DNA of 64,000 nt, from positions 27,714,001 through 27,778,000 of the forward strand of contig NC_042998.1 in assembly GCF_006345805.1 (NCBI RefSeq), given 5' to 3'. This document shows positions 51,128-63,880 of the stretch, piece by piece; positions within the stretch are counted from its first letter, which is position 1; each line of letters starts with the position of its first letter. The notes under the pieces were generated by a model. It had not been told where the DNA came from, searched no databases, and was given only the letters and a program-made list of their open reading frames with translations. Position numbers and translations under genes: made by a program. Origin of the DNA: Octopus sinensis. Lineage: Eukaryota.

Positions 51128-52335
51128 TTAAAGGCGGCGAGTTGGCAGAATCGTTAGCACGCCGGGCGAAATTTCGCCGAGGTCGGCTTTGCCTTTCATC
51201 CTTTCGGGGTCGATTAAATAAGTACCAGTTACGCACTGGAATCGATGTAATCGACTTAATTCCTTTGTCTGTCCTTGTTTGTCCCTTCTGTGTGTAGCCC
51301 CTTGTGGATAGTAAAGAAATAGGTATTTCGTGCCTTTACGTTCTGTGTTCAAATTCCGCCGAAGTCGACCTTGCCTTTCATCCTTTCGAGGTCGATAAAT
51401 TAAGTACCATTTACGCACTGGGGTCGATATAATCAACTTAATCCGTTTGTCTGTCCTTGTTTGTCCCCTATGTGTGTAGCCCCTTGCGGGTAGTAAAGAA
51501 ATTGAAATAGGTATTTCGTCTATCTTTACATTGTGTGTTCAAATTTCGCCGAAGTCGAGTTTGCTTTTCATCCTTTCGGGGTCGATAAATTAAGTATCAG
51601 TGAAAGACTGAGGTCAATGTAATCGACTAGTCCCTTCCCTACAAATTTCAGGTCTTATTATTTATTAGAAGAAAGGATTATTTAATACTTATCAAAGATT
51701 GCGAGCTGGCAGAATCGCTAGCACAACTGGCAAAATGTTTGGCGGCATTTCGTCCATATTTCCGTTCTGAGTTCAAATTTCGTCTCTCATCATTTGGGGG
51801 TTGATAAATTCAGTACCACTTAATGTGATCAACTATCCCCACTCCACAAATTCCAGGCCCTGTGCCTATAGTAGAAAGGATTATAATACTAACCAAAGCA
51901 GCGAGCCGGCAGAATCGTTATCTCGTCGGACAAGATGCTTAGCGGCATTTCGTCTGTTTGTACGTTCTGAGTTCAAATTCCGCCGAGGTCGGCCTTGCCG
52001 TTCATCCTTTCGGGGTCGATGAGATAAGTACAAGTTGAATACTGGACTGGTTGTAATCGACTGACCCTCTTCCCCGAAAGGGTTGTACCAAAATTTGAAA
52101 CCTTTATTTAAACCTAATTAAGGCAACGAACTCGCAGAGTCGTTGGCACGCCTTTCGTTAGCGGCCTTTCGTGTGTCTTAACAGTCTGAATTCAAATTCC
52201 CCGGAGGTGGACTTTGCTTTGATCCTTTCGAGGTCAATAAAATATATACCAGTAGAATACAGAGGTCGTTGTAATCGACTAGTTCCTTACCCATGAATTT
52301 CAGGCTTTGTGCTTGAAGCAGAAAAGATTATTTAA
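51128..52335 (+). mobile_element. Stack of family A units and diverged A' SINEs, all head-to-tail
   Basis: Junctions at 51321/2 and 51509/10, then successive heads at about 51700, 51900 and 52125, each following an AGAAAGGATTAT-like tail. Confidence 0.85.
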
Positions 52336-52363
52336 CCCTAAGTAAACTCTGGGCATGGAGACA

Positions 52364-52860
52364 TCTCTATATATATAAACGGCAAAAATCTGTGTGTCCT
52401 TAATACAAATCCACAGTTTTTCACGTAAAAGCCTCGCATTTTCTATGGGCTTTTAAAACTGTCTGAGGGTGGTCGTGAAGATCTTTTAATTTCCCCAGTC
52501 ATCCCAGAGAGCCATTTTTAAAATCGATAAACCGACCCCTTATGCCCATAAGTTATTTTGCGACCAAATTCGAGTTTTTCACTTTCTTCTGTCTCCTTTT
52601 TTGTTCACCTAATGGCATGTGCACAGTCCCGCTAATTTTCCTTGATTATGCCGTCCCAGGTGTGAAAACCGAAGTCCAATGAATATTAATTACTATCAAA
52701 AAATGCTCCAACTAGCTCATAAACAACAAAACTGGCCCGGGCTGAAATGTGATAAGAAACTTAGCTCTTGATTTAGTGAGAAATTTTTACTGCGACCCGG
52801 CAACGAACAACAACAACAAGCACTAGCAGTAGACCCGGAAACGCCGGGTCATAGTGCTAG
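52364..52860 (+). mobile_element. Non-autonomous Helitron, third subfamily
   Basis: A|TCTCTATATATATAAAC ... GACCCGGAAACGCCGGGTC hairpin (52832-52850) ATAGTGCTAG|T. Confidence 0.85.
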
Positions 52861-53672
52861 TATTATATAAAGCATTCCAGTGGGGAACAACTCGTCTTTT
52901 ACAGGGTTATCTAGGAGTACATTATACAATGTATCCTTCACTTGTTGAAAATATTAGAGTGTAATTTGATGAAATATTTGGCTGCTGTTAGAAGAGGTTT
53001 GTTGTTGGCTCGGTTTCCTGGGGATAAAAGCAAAAACTTCCTTCAAAATATGATTCAGCCTCCAGTGACTACTAAAAATGCTTCGAGAAGATGGTTGCAT
53101 ATATGGAAGAAGATGAACATACTAGAAACAACTGACGTCTCAAACGTTTATTAGATGAATATAAAAGTTTGGAGCAGACGATCACTAAAAGCCAGATTAT
53201 CAATAAATCTTCCTTTTAGAAACATAGGAAGAATTACGTAACATCTCTGTGCAGATGTGTAAATTGAATAGGCATGCTAAAAATATACGTAAAGATTACA
53301 CACACACACACATACGTATTATGAATCTATGAATCATGAAATATAAAGACTGTCATATTCATAATAAGCACATATTTGATTCAATTTTCTATAGAATGTT
53401 CGTATCGGTTGTATCAATAATATGGTCTCATTTGCCAGAATAATTTATAATTTAGGATAGCTTTTCTGTCTGCTTTAGCAATACTGACAAAAGAGACCAC
53501 AAATGTTCTGATTTAAGTTAATAATGAAATTTGAGATCGAAATGGAAAACGGTAAATGAAAAAATCAGAAGAAATGATAAGAATATTACTCGTAGGAAAA
53601 AAAAACCCAATTGCATAAATAATCTAAGACAATACCGTATAAATACACTATATATTTTAATGAAATAATACA

Positions 53673-53735
<63 letters not shown>

Positions 53736-53743
53736 TTTGTATC

Positions 53744-53776
<33 letters not shown>

Positions 53777-53824
53777 GCTTACATATACAAGCAAACATAT
53801 ATATGCGCATATATACATACAGCC

Positions 53825-54058
53825 AAGGCGGTGAGCTGGGCAGAAACGTTAGAGCGCCGGGCGAAATGCTTAGCGGTATTTCGTCTGTCGTTACGTTCTG
53901 AGTTCAAATTCCGCCGAGGTCGACTTTACCTTTCATCCTTTCGGGGTCGATAAATAAAGCACCAGTTTCGCACTGGGGTCGATGTAATCGACTTAATCCC
54001 TTTGTCTGTCCTTGTTTGTCCCCTCTGTGTTTAGCCCCTTGTGGGCACTAAAGAAATA
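53825..54058 (+). mobile_element. Family A SINE
   Basis: Full monomer; ATATACATACAG on both flanks. Confidence 0.9.
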
Positions 54059-54532
54059 TATATACATACAGACAAACACATATATGTATATACACGCATA
54101 AAGGTCTACCCATTGGCACACATACACACTCATAATCTGCTAACACAGAAGCTATGAAGCAGCGTAAAAGGAAAAGAGTGTATTTGATATTAGATAGTTT
54201 CAGAATAGAAATAAACTCAGTGGCAGAATCACAGCTGTTGTTTGTAAGCGTTACCTTTTAAGAATTAAAACTATTCTTCAACTAGCGTAAATAATCGATC
54301 GCTTTGTCAGATAACTTTCATATCTGAAGCAATGCTACTGTCCTGCCAGACGGAAAGCACCATTTCACTCTAACCCTAGGTCAATATATTGAATTTTATC
54401 CTGGGAAAAAATCAATAACGAAACTAAGTTGAAAAGATTCCATCTAAATATCTTCAGACTTGCTGGAAAATACACGCAAGAAGTCATGTTGACGAACTTT
54501 GAAAGACTAATTTACATTAATTTATAGAATCG

Positions 54533-54575
<43 letters not shown>

Positions 54576-54593
54576 ATATATATATTCATAAAT

Positions 54594-54918
54594 GCGTAGG
54601 AGTGACTGTGTGGTAAAAAGCTTGCTTCTCAACCGCATGGTACCGGGTTCAGTCCCACTGCGTGGTACCTTGGGCAAGTGTCTTCTATTATAGACCCGGG
54701 CAGACCAAAGCCTTGTGAGTGAATTTGGTAGACGGAAACTGAAAGAAGCTTGACAAGCGATGCTGGTGTGTTTACGTCCCCGTATCTTAGAGGTTCAGCA
54801 AAAGAGACCGATAGAATAAGTACAAAGCTTACATGAATAAGTCCTGGGGTCGATTTTTGCAATTAAAGGCGGTGCTCCAGCATGGGCGCAGTCAAATAAC
54901 AGAAACAGATAAAAATGA

Positions 54919-54920
<2 letters not shown>
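54594..54920 (+). mobile_element. Family B SINE lacking the internal microsatellite
   Basis: GAAAGAAG is joined directly to CTTGACAAGCGATGCTGG. Confidence 0.85.
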
Positions 54921-54953
<33 letters not shown>

Positions 54954-55005
54954 CATTTATATATGTATAAGCACATATATACATAATGCATATATACATA
55001 CACAC

Positions 55006-55051
<46 letters not shown>

Positions 55052-55119
55052 TATATATTATATATCACATACTACGTTTATATTTATATGAATGACCCCC
55101 TAAATCCACAAGTTCTTTT

Positions 55120-55274
55120 TTTAATTTTCTCTCTGTTTATTTCCTCGTGTTCCTTTCTGCTGAAGAGCGTAGGCTCGAAACGTAAAACACTTTCTCTCCT
55201 TCTCGAGCGTCAGACTAATACACCTGCTTGTTGCTTATACACCTGTCTTCGTGTTTTGTTTTTCTGTAAATTTC

Positions 55275-55278
<4 letters not shown>
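55120..55278 (+). mobile_element. Family E Penelope-like fragment with hammerhead-like motif at 55153-55187
   Basis: CTTT-CTGCTGA-A-GAGCgtagGCTC-GAA-AC-GT-A-AAA. Confidence 0.6.
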
Positions 55279-55314
<36 letters not shown>

Positions 55315-55318
<4 letters not shown>

Positions 55319-55437
55319 CACCTTGACCGACCAGTCCGTCGGGCGTTCATTTGACACCGCTGGTCACTGCTCGCTGTCCACTTCTCTCTGGATCGCGCCT
55401 TTCTCATCCGCGTGAGAAATCGTAACTCCACCGTCGT
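55315..55437 (-). mobile_element. Probable LINE 3' end (RTE-like) sharing a terminal stem-loop with SINE C
   Basis: Minus strand GTGACCAGCGG...CTGGTCGGTCAAGGTGAT versus SINE C GTGACCAGCGA...CTGGTCGGTCACGTG; one frame reads MRKARSREKWTAS. The RTE assignment is weak inference. Confidence 0.4.
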
Positions 55438-56012
55438 GTATATATATATGCATCCATCTATCTATTGATGTTTTTCCTACTCCTTTCTCTTTCTCTGGCT
55501 GACCCAAGCTTCTATAAATGTCATGCCAATATTGTTGCCATGCTGTACATTTGTATATATTGTAGTTGTAAATAAAATTAGCATCACACAAGCACTTAAT
55601 ATAAAACCTTTACGAACAATTGCTTCCTATAACGGCACCCATGACAACATAATGATATTCCTGACTCATGCAAGGGAATTTCTTGTAACGTATAGTAGAA
55701 ATTGCCTCATATTCCTAACCAAACGTTAAGTTGCTTTCTCTTGCCATTCAGGCACCAACTGGACGTCAATGTTCCAGAAAATTTGTTTTATCAGAGATGT
55801 TTCTCTGAGCTATTGATTTGCTCCATCATAGGAAATTTCAGCAGTAATAACAACAGTTTATCAATGATGGGTAAAAGCAGGGAAAGAATAAACTAAATAC
55901 GAAACTATCTTTTCCATCGTAAGATTTAATATTTGAGTAAAATATTTCATAAGCCATATAATGAGCTCATCGAAAAATCCTTTGTTCACACTGCTATTTA
56001 CACTATATATAT

Positions 56013-56084
<72 letters not shown>

Positions 56085-56643
56085 TATATTTTCAACAATT
56101 GAGGGTAAAATTAATTAATTAATCAATTTCACCAAGTATTCAGTATGCAAAGGGACCATTTAAGGCGAATTCAAATTATTACATTATATAAAAGGGCTTA
56201 GTAAAATAAATTACTTGCCGCATACTGAACTCATTAGAAATAGCAGCTAAAAAAAACATGGCTGAACTCTGAGTTCAGCCATGGGCTCTTAAAGAGCCTC
56301 CTCGTTCGAATTGCTGCGCCTCTGTTCTGTTTTGTTCTGTCAACGGAATTCCTGTTTTTTCCTGATGAGAAAGCCACAATATGGTACCTTATTTAATCAG
56401 AATTTGGAAATTTGTGGCCTTTGAACATGTGTAGAATGCAATAAAAGGAATTCTGTACAATCTTCGTTCAACTCCATTTCTTCCATTCATAATAATATTA
56501 AACTTCAATTATCCGCACCAACGCACGGTTGCAACACCAATTGGTCTTATCTCCAACCGTGTATTTTCTGGTGTGATTTTTGCTACCCAGGTATCGGTTA
56601 ACTTTTGAATAATCTGTAACAAGAAAATTCATCTTTCTATTTC

Positions 56644-56727
<84 letters not shown>

Positions 56728-56730
56728 ATA

Positions 56731-56856
56731 GTTGAAATTTACAGAAAAAGAAAACAGGTGTATAAAGAACGCACAGGTGTATTAGTTTAACGCTCGGGAA
56801 GGTGAGACAGTCTTTTACGTTTCCAGCTTACGCTCTTCAACAGAAAGGAACACACA
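56731..56856 (-). mobile_element. Family E Penelope-like fragment with hammerhead-like motif at 56812-56847
   Basis: Minus strand CTTT-CTGTTGA-A-GAGCgtaaGCTG-GAA-AC-GT-A-AAAG. Confidence 0.6.
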
Positions 56857-56929
56857 CTCACATATATATAAGTATGTGTGTACGTATCTATGTATGAATG
56901 TATGTGTATGTGTGTGTGTGTATAGTCAG

Positions 56930-56969
<40 letters not shown>

Positions 56970-57666
56970 GGAGGGACGGAGACAGGGAGAGGATGAGAAA
57001 GTATAGAAAGAAGATTCTCAATGCAGAATGAAGAGTAGAAGGAATGTACGAAACATTTTAGCCTCAATTATGAAATGAAACCTTGAATGTACACGTATTA
57101 CAAAATCTATACAATTTGCCAAAGGCTAGTCCAGTGATTTGTTTCAAACCACATGCTAGTAGACTCACATAAATGGCTCATAGACATACCGCCTCCTGCC
57201 TCTCTATGTATGTATGTATGTATGTATGTATGTATGTATGTATGTATGTATGTATGTATGTATGTATGTATGTATGTATGTAGGTCTGTAGGTATGTATG
57301 TATGTATGTATGTAAAGTTAATCCAAACATGAAAACACAAAGAGAAAACACAACAACGCGAGGACGTGGAACAAGTATAGTGTTATTGGACGCTCAGGAA
57401 AAGAAAGAAGGAGGATTTAACGTTCCTTGTCAGAAACATAGGAAAAGGAAAGATCCAAGGAAGGGAAGACGGAGAAAAAAATCGCCAACGATTGTATGTA
57501 TGTATGTATGTATGTATGTATGTATGTATGTATGTGTATGTGTGTGTGTGTGCGCGTGTATAGTCAGTGTAAGAGAGAGAGAGAGAGAGAGAGACGGGTA
57601 GAGGATAAGAAAGTAGTGTTACTACAGTGAGCTCTACCTCAGAGTTGGCAGTTCCTGTACCACCTT

Positions 57667-57720
57667 TATGATACTCTCTGTATGATACTCTCTATGTGAT
57701 ACTCTCTGTATGATACCCTC
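57667..57720. repeat. 14-bp tandem repeat, about 4 copies (TATGATACTCTCTG)
   Basis: Direct inspection. Confidence 0.9.
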
Positions 57721-58058
57721 ACCATCCTCATTGTATCTAGCCATCATACCTGCTTCTATTCATATGATCAGTTTTTCTCTGTTAAACGTTGGCCATTTCA
57801 AAATCCCTAGATTCTCATGTTTTTCTTGCAATCTTTGACAACAAATTACTCCTTTTCTGATTATCTCTGATGGCTATGGCACACCCATTCGTCCAAACTA
57901 CGAAACTACTATCGGTAACATGTATACTCATCCCTGACAAATTTATTCTTTTCAGTTTATGAGCGAATTGCTGCTGCCATCATGAAATGGATTTGAAACT
58001 AGGTATAAATTAGCAGTTAGTTCGCACACAAGAGTAGTAACACCTATCTTTGTCACAC

Positions 58059-58169
58059 CTCTTGGAGAGTTGTCAACTAGCATAACAATGAATATTGCAA
58101 AAGTAAGAAAAAAATGATTTTTAATAAATATTGACGTATTCTGTGTAGTTCTACTCACACCTTTCACAC
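58059..58169 (-). other. Candidate 111-nt phase 1-1 exon, unidentified
   Basis: Strong acceptor TCTTTTTTTTTCTTTCTATTTTTTCAG|, donor AG|GTGTGA, open frame (G)VKGVSRTTQNTSIFIKNHFFLTFAIFIVMLVDNSPR; no homology recognised. Confidence 0.25.
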
Positions 58170-60371
58170 CTGAAAAAATAGAAAGAAAAAAAAAGATGAT
58201 CTGATCGAATATAAATATTTACACGTATAGTGTTGCTTTATTTCGTTCTTTATGGTTTTAAAAGTTATTTTTTAAGTATTTCCAAATATAGTGGTGTTGT
58301 ATTATGAGCACTATTTATTATATTTATTGTCTTTAGGAAAAAAATAAAAGGAATTATCACTGCAAGATGGCTGCAGCGAGTTTGGATGCGGTTGTTAGGT
58401 CGCAGCCTTTTGACTCATTCTTGCAGGTCATCTTCCCACGCCGCATTGTTCTTCTCTGCGCAATGTTTAATGTTTTACTTCTTCACATCTCACAATGTTC
58501 TTAAATCAGATATATTGAATAACTATATTTTTCTTCAACGCGGTATTATTCACCGAGACTCATTATTTTCCTTTATTTTGTTTTGTTATATGACAAGGCT
58601 TGAAGTATAATGTATCATCATCTACTATTTTGAAGTACAACTACTTCTAATATATCACATTACTCGCCTAAATTGTCTGGTTTATTATACTGAAGAACTG
58701 AAATCAGGAATCGATATATTTTAAACGCCGGAATTGGTTGCATTATTGCCTATTTTGAACTGTGCATATATTAGCATTGCAGCAGTAGTGCCAACACACG
58801 GTCGTTGGATTGCGAATATAAAATGAAGAATAAAGAATATTTCAGACAGCAAATTATGTCTAAAATTGAACAATATATAATTTATTCGGAGATGTCATAA
58901 AAGGACAAATAACAAATATAAAACTTAATTAGTATTCATCTAATACGACAAAACTATATTTCTATGTAAACTTGAAACAATGCAAGCTATAATAAAGTCT
59001 ATACGTTGGAACCTATATCAAAATAACAGATATATTTGTTTTCCAGTTATATAATTTCAATTTAAAATAAAACGTCAAATTCTTACAATTATCATATTCG
59101 ATTTTGCAAGACTATAATACATAAATATCTTTGTGAGTTGATTGACATTCTATTGATATTCTAATCAATAAATCAGTTTGATTATGTATAATTATATTGA
59201 TTTCTTTTTCTGAGACACGATGTCAGAAATTCACAGGAGATGTGTAACGGAATGCATTCGCGTTAACATCTTTCGAAGACATTTTAGCGGATTATGTATA
59301 ATTTTTTTTTTTGAGAATAAAATCGCCCTGAAGCTTTCGTGCATTTTCAAACATTTAACATATTGTTAATTTTTAATAAATAAATGCTTTATCATGTTAT
59401 CACCTTTAAACACTAAACTCTGTTCACGAATTATAGATAATTTACGAGTAAATTTCTTATTTCTTCAAGTTGTTGTTATTGCTGTTGTTTAACTCCGAGC
59501 TAATTCAAAAGATGCAGATCTATGATCAAAGATATTCCATCCGGTCATATTGTCAGATATAATGTATCTACAATTACAAGATCAGATATTTTTTTTTTCT
59601 GATTTAAGGAACATTTGGCTGCTACTTTTGATCGGACAACTGCATAGCAATTATCTCATTGGATTGACTTATAAAGATTTTTACTTTTAAAGATTTTTTA
59701 TATAATCATAACAACTCTGAAATGATAATGACAATAAAAAACCCCCAAATGGTATATATATTTTTGAAGGGGGAAGATCAATTTCTTAAGTGTAAAAAGA
59801 GCGATGTGAAGGGGGGAGATAAGCCCCAGACAAACAATATTTCTCATTCAAATTCTATTTCTATTTGAAAGCGATTTAAATTTAATTATGCCATTAATGA
59901 CCTTCGAGGAAAAAGGTAATTAGTGGAGTAGAAAAAAACTCATTTTCATTTGTTTAACTCAAAGATCATTGGCTTAATCTTAGATTTGAGCAAACAAATA
60001 ACTTTGTACAGTGTATTTAACGATACTGTTTTTTGTACATGCACCAACACTTTTCAGCGGTGACTGAAGTGCACAAAGAACTAAAAAATATAACAATATA
60101 TATATATATATATATTATATAAAAGGGCTTAGTAAAATAAATTACTTTGCCGCATACTGAACTCGTTAGAAATAGCAGCTAAAAAAACTATTTCTAACAC
60201 TTAAAGAAAACCTCTCTCATATAGTGCTTGCTCAATTCAACCCAATGGTCCCTTAAATGGTCCCTTTGCATACTGAATACTTGGTGAAATTGATTAATTA
60301 ATTAATTAATTTTACCCTCAATTGTTGAAATTATATATATATATATATATATGCGTGTGTGTGTGTGTGAA

Positions 60372-60942
60372 GGTGCATGGTTCAGTGGTTAGAGCTTACG
60401 ATCGTAAGGTTGTGAGTTCGAATCCAGGACTGGGCTGCGTATTGTGTTCTTGAGCAAGACACTTAATTTCACATTGCTCCAGTTCACTCAGCCGTAAAAT
60501 GAGTTGTGACGTCACTGGTGTCAAACTGTATTGGCCTTTGCCTTTCCCTTGGATAACACTGGTGGCGTGGAGAGGGGAGGCCGGTATGCATGGGTGAAAA
60601 GGCGGCGAGCTGGCAGAAACGTTAGCACGCCGGGTGAAATGCTTAGCGGTATTTCGTCTGCGTTACGTTGTGAGTTCGAATTCCGCCGAGGTCGACTTTG
60701 CCTTTCATCCTTTCGGGGTCGATAAATTAAGTACCAGTTACGCACTGGGGTCGATGTAATCGACTTAATACCTATGTCTGTCCTTGTTTGCACCCTCTGT
60801 GTTTAGCCCCTTGTGGGTAATAAAGAAATAGGTATGCATGGGTGAATGCTGGTCTTCCTTAAACAACCTTGCCCAGACTTGTGCCTGGGAGGATAACTTT
60901 CTCGGTGCAATCCCGTGGTCAGTCATGACCGAAGCAGGTCTC
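60372..60942 (+). mobile_element. Family D' SINE hosting a family A SINE (60599-60830, +)
   Basis: 16-bp TSD GGTATGCATGGGTGAA at 60583-60598 and 60831-60846. Confidence 0.9.
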
Positions 60943-61019
60943 AGCAATATATATGATTTGGTTCAAAATAGACGATGAACAATGGCTCGAAAAATATTGA
61001 CGTATATTTGATAACCGGT

Positions 61020-61210
61020 TGATCTACCAAGCGGCGCCTCACGTCATGAGGTGGTGGCAGGGCGGTGCGCAATGATGCCGGTGAGAGGTAGGCCCCGAAA
61101 CGGCGCGCTTTCTCTCCCGATGACTCCGTACATTTACTAGCATGCGGTATGCAGAGATTTCGACTGGTAGCACTTGCATGTGCAAGTTGTTTGCAAAACG
61201 TCTATGCATA
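61020..61210. promoter_or_regulatory. GC/CpG-rich island with CRE-like and GC-box motifs
   Basis: TCACGTCA at 61039-61046, GGGCGG at 61060-61065, many CpGs, no match to the repeat families in this window. Confidence 0.3.
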
Positions 61211-61499
61211 CGCGCGCACACATGTAAATTAGCACTCACAGATATATACATATATATATATATATATACGTGACACATATATACCGAAAGAAATCCATAA
61301 ACGAAATAAGAGAATATTAAATAACGATGTGCACATTTATTGATTGTTATCTCCATTCATCGACTTGCACAAACAACTCAGAACAAGTATATCTCAGACT
61401 TCAAGACAGCCATGTATTCTCACGCACGAAAGCTTTTGGTAGATATGTCTGTTAACGTATCTTCCATGTTATCAGTGTATTTTTCATAGATTTGGTAGC

Positions 61500-61845
61500 T
61501 CTCTCTCTCTTTTTCTTTCTTTCTTTCTTTCTTTCTTTCTTTTCTCTCTTTCTTTCTTTCTTTCTTTCTTTCTTCCTTTCTTTCTCTCTTTCTTCTCTCT
61601 TTCTTTCTTTCTTTCTTTCTGTCTGTCTGTCTGTCTCTCTAGCTATCTATTTACCTTTCTCACTGTTCAGATTTCATGACTTCTTGATTTCCTCACACAC
61701 ACACACACACACACACACAGACAACACAGACACACACACACACAGACACACACACACACACACACAGACACAGAAAAACACAGACACACACAGACACACA
61801 ACACACACACACACACACACAACACACACACAGCTACATGAAAAG
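61500..61845. repeat. (TTTC)n followed by (CA)n microsatellites
   Basis: Direct inspection. Confidence 0.95.
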
Positions 61846-62118
61846 AAATAGTATAACGCAACTAAATATTTTATGAATGAATACACCTGTTTTGTTTTAC
61901 TTTCCACATATACTCTGTGACCTTTCCAACTGTAGAATCCAAACCAGATGAAATTCGGAATATGATAGAAGTCTTCCTCACATTTTCCCTTCGGGGGTAC
62001 AGGAGTGTAGAAGTTGTTCTACGCATTTATTATATGACTTCCAATTTAATGCTAGATATAATTACATACAATCTCACATATATAAAAAATTTTTTCTATA
62101 TATATATTATTATATATA

Positions 62119-62157
<39 letters not shown>

Positions 62158-62328
62158 ATAATGATAATATTTTATTCTCCGATCTGAAGCGAAATATTTA
62201 AATAGAAATGACTGAAAAATGATGAGCTAACCCCAGCCAGAATCGGACTCACAAATCAACGGTAACAGGGCTCCTTGCACATCTGTTAAATTTAGTTAAT
62301 ATGAACTTAAACTGCCTAATATTACAAA

Positions 62329-62484
62329 TAATATGTGTAAAGAAACGCGAAAGACTTTGTAAGTTTCGGAGAGAAAGCTACTATGGAAGACTCATTGTAT
62401 AATAATATATTTTATTCTATGAGTCTTCCATAGTAACTTTCTCTGCGTAACTTACAGATCTTTCGCGTTTGTTTATAAATATTA
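62329..62484. repeat. Fold-back, about 65-bp inverted arms
   Basis: AAACGCGAAAGACTTTGTAAGTTTCGGAGAGAAAGCTACTATGGAAGACTCAT ... ATGAGTCTTCCATAGTAACTTTCTCTGCGTAACTTACAGATCTTTCGCGTTT. Confidence 0.85.
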
Positions 62485-62489
62485 CACGT

Positions 62490-62579
62490 CATATGCATGC
62501 AACATACATACATACATATATATATATATATACATACATACATATATATATTATTATATATATAATATATACAGTATAA

Positions 62580-62612
<33 letters not shown>

Positions 62613-62813
62613 CATACAATATAATATATATACATACATCTATATATATATATAACATATATATATATATACACATATATTATATATATATACATACATA
62701 TATATATATATAATACACATATATTTATATATAACATACATATATATATATATATATATACATACATATATAATATATATAATACATATATATATATACA
62801 TACAATATATATA

Positions 62814-62854
<41 letters not shown>

Positions 62855-63064
62855 CATATAATATATATATATATATTACATACATACATATATATATAAT
62901 TATACATACATAATATATATATATATATATACATACATATATATACATACCTTATCTATATATATATATATATACTACACTATATATATATATATATATA
63001 CATACATATATATATATACATACATACATATATATAATATTATACACATACATATATATATATT

Positions 63065-63103
<39 letters not shown>

Positions 63104-63623
63104 CATATATATATATATATAATATAATATATACATACATAATAATATATATATATAATATTATACATACATATCATATATATATATATATATATATATA
63201 CATACATATATATCTATATATATATATACATACATATATATATATATCTATATATATATATATACATACATATATTATATATATTATATATATACATACA
63301 TATATATATATATATATAACATACATATTATATATATATATCTATATTACATACTTATATATATATATATATATCTATATTACAACATATATAATATAAT
63401 ATATATATATATATACATATATCTCTATATATATATATATATACATACATATATATATATATATATATACATACATATATATATATATATAATACATACA
63501 TATATATATATATATATACTACACATATATCTATATATATATATATACCATACATATATTATATAGACATAATACATACATACTAATATATATATATATA
63601 CATACATATATATATATATATAT

Positions 63624-63719
<96 letters not shown>

Positions 63720-63880
63720 ATATATATATATATATATATACATACATTATATATATATATATATATACATACCATATATATTATAATATCATATATATAT
63801 ACATAATATTATATATATATATATATATATACTACATACTATATATATATATATATACATAATATATATATATATATAGG
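62490..63880. repeat. 1.4-kb compound (TA)n/(CATA)n microsatellite
   Basis: Direct inspection. Confidence 0.95.

Noticed and set aside
430-54470. Other CTGANGA hits (minus strand near 465, 25903, 30265 and 54450; plus strand at 1025, 9732, 37229, 44154 and 49900)
   Set aside because: Each needs three or more core or helix corrections; such 7-mers are expected by chance in 64 kb.
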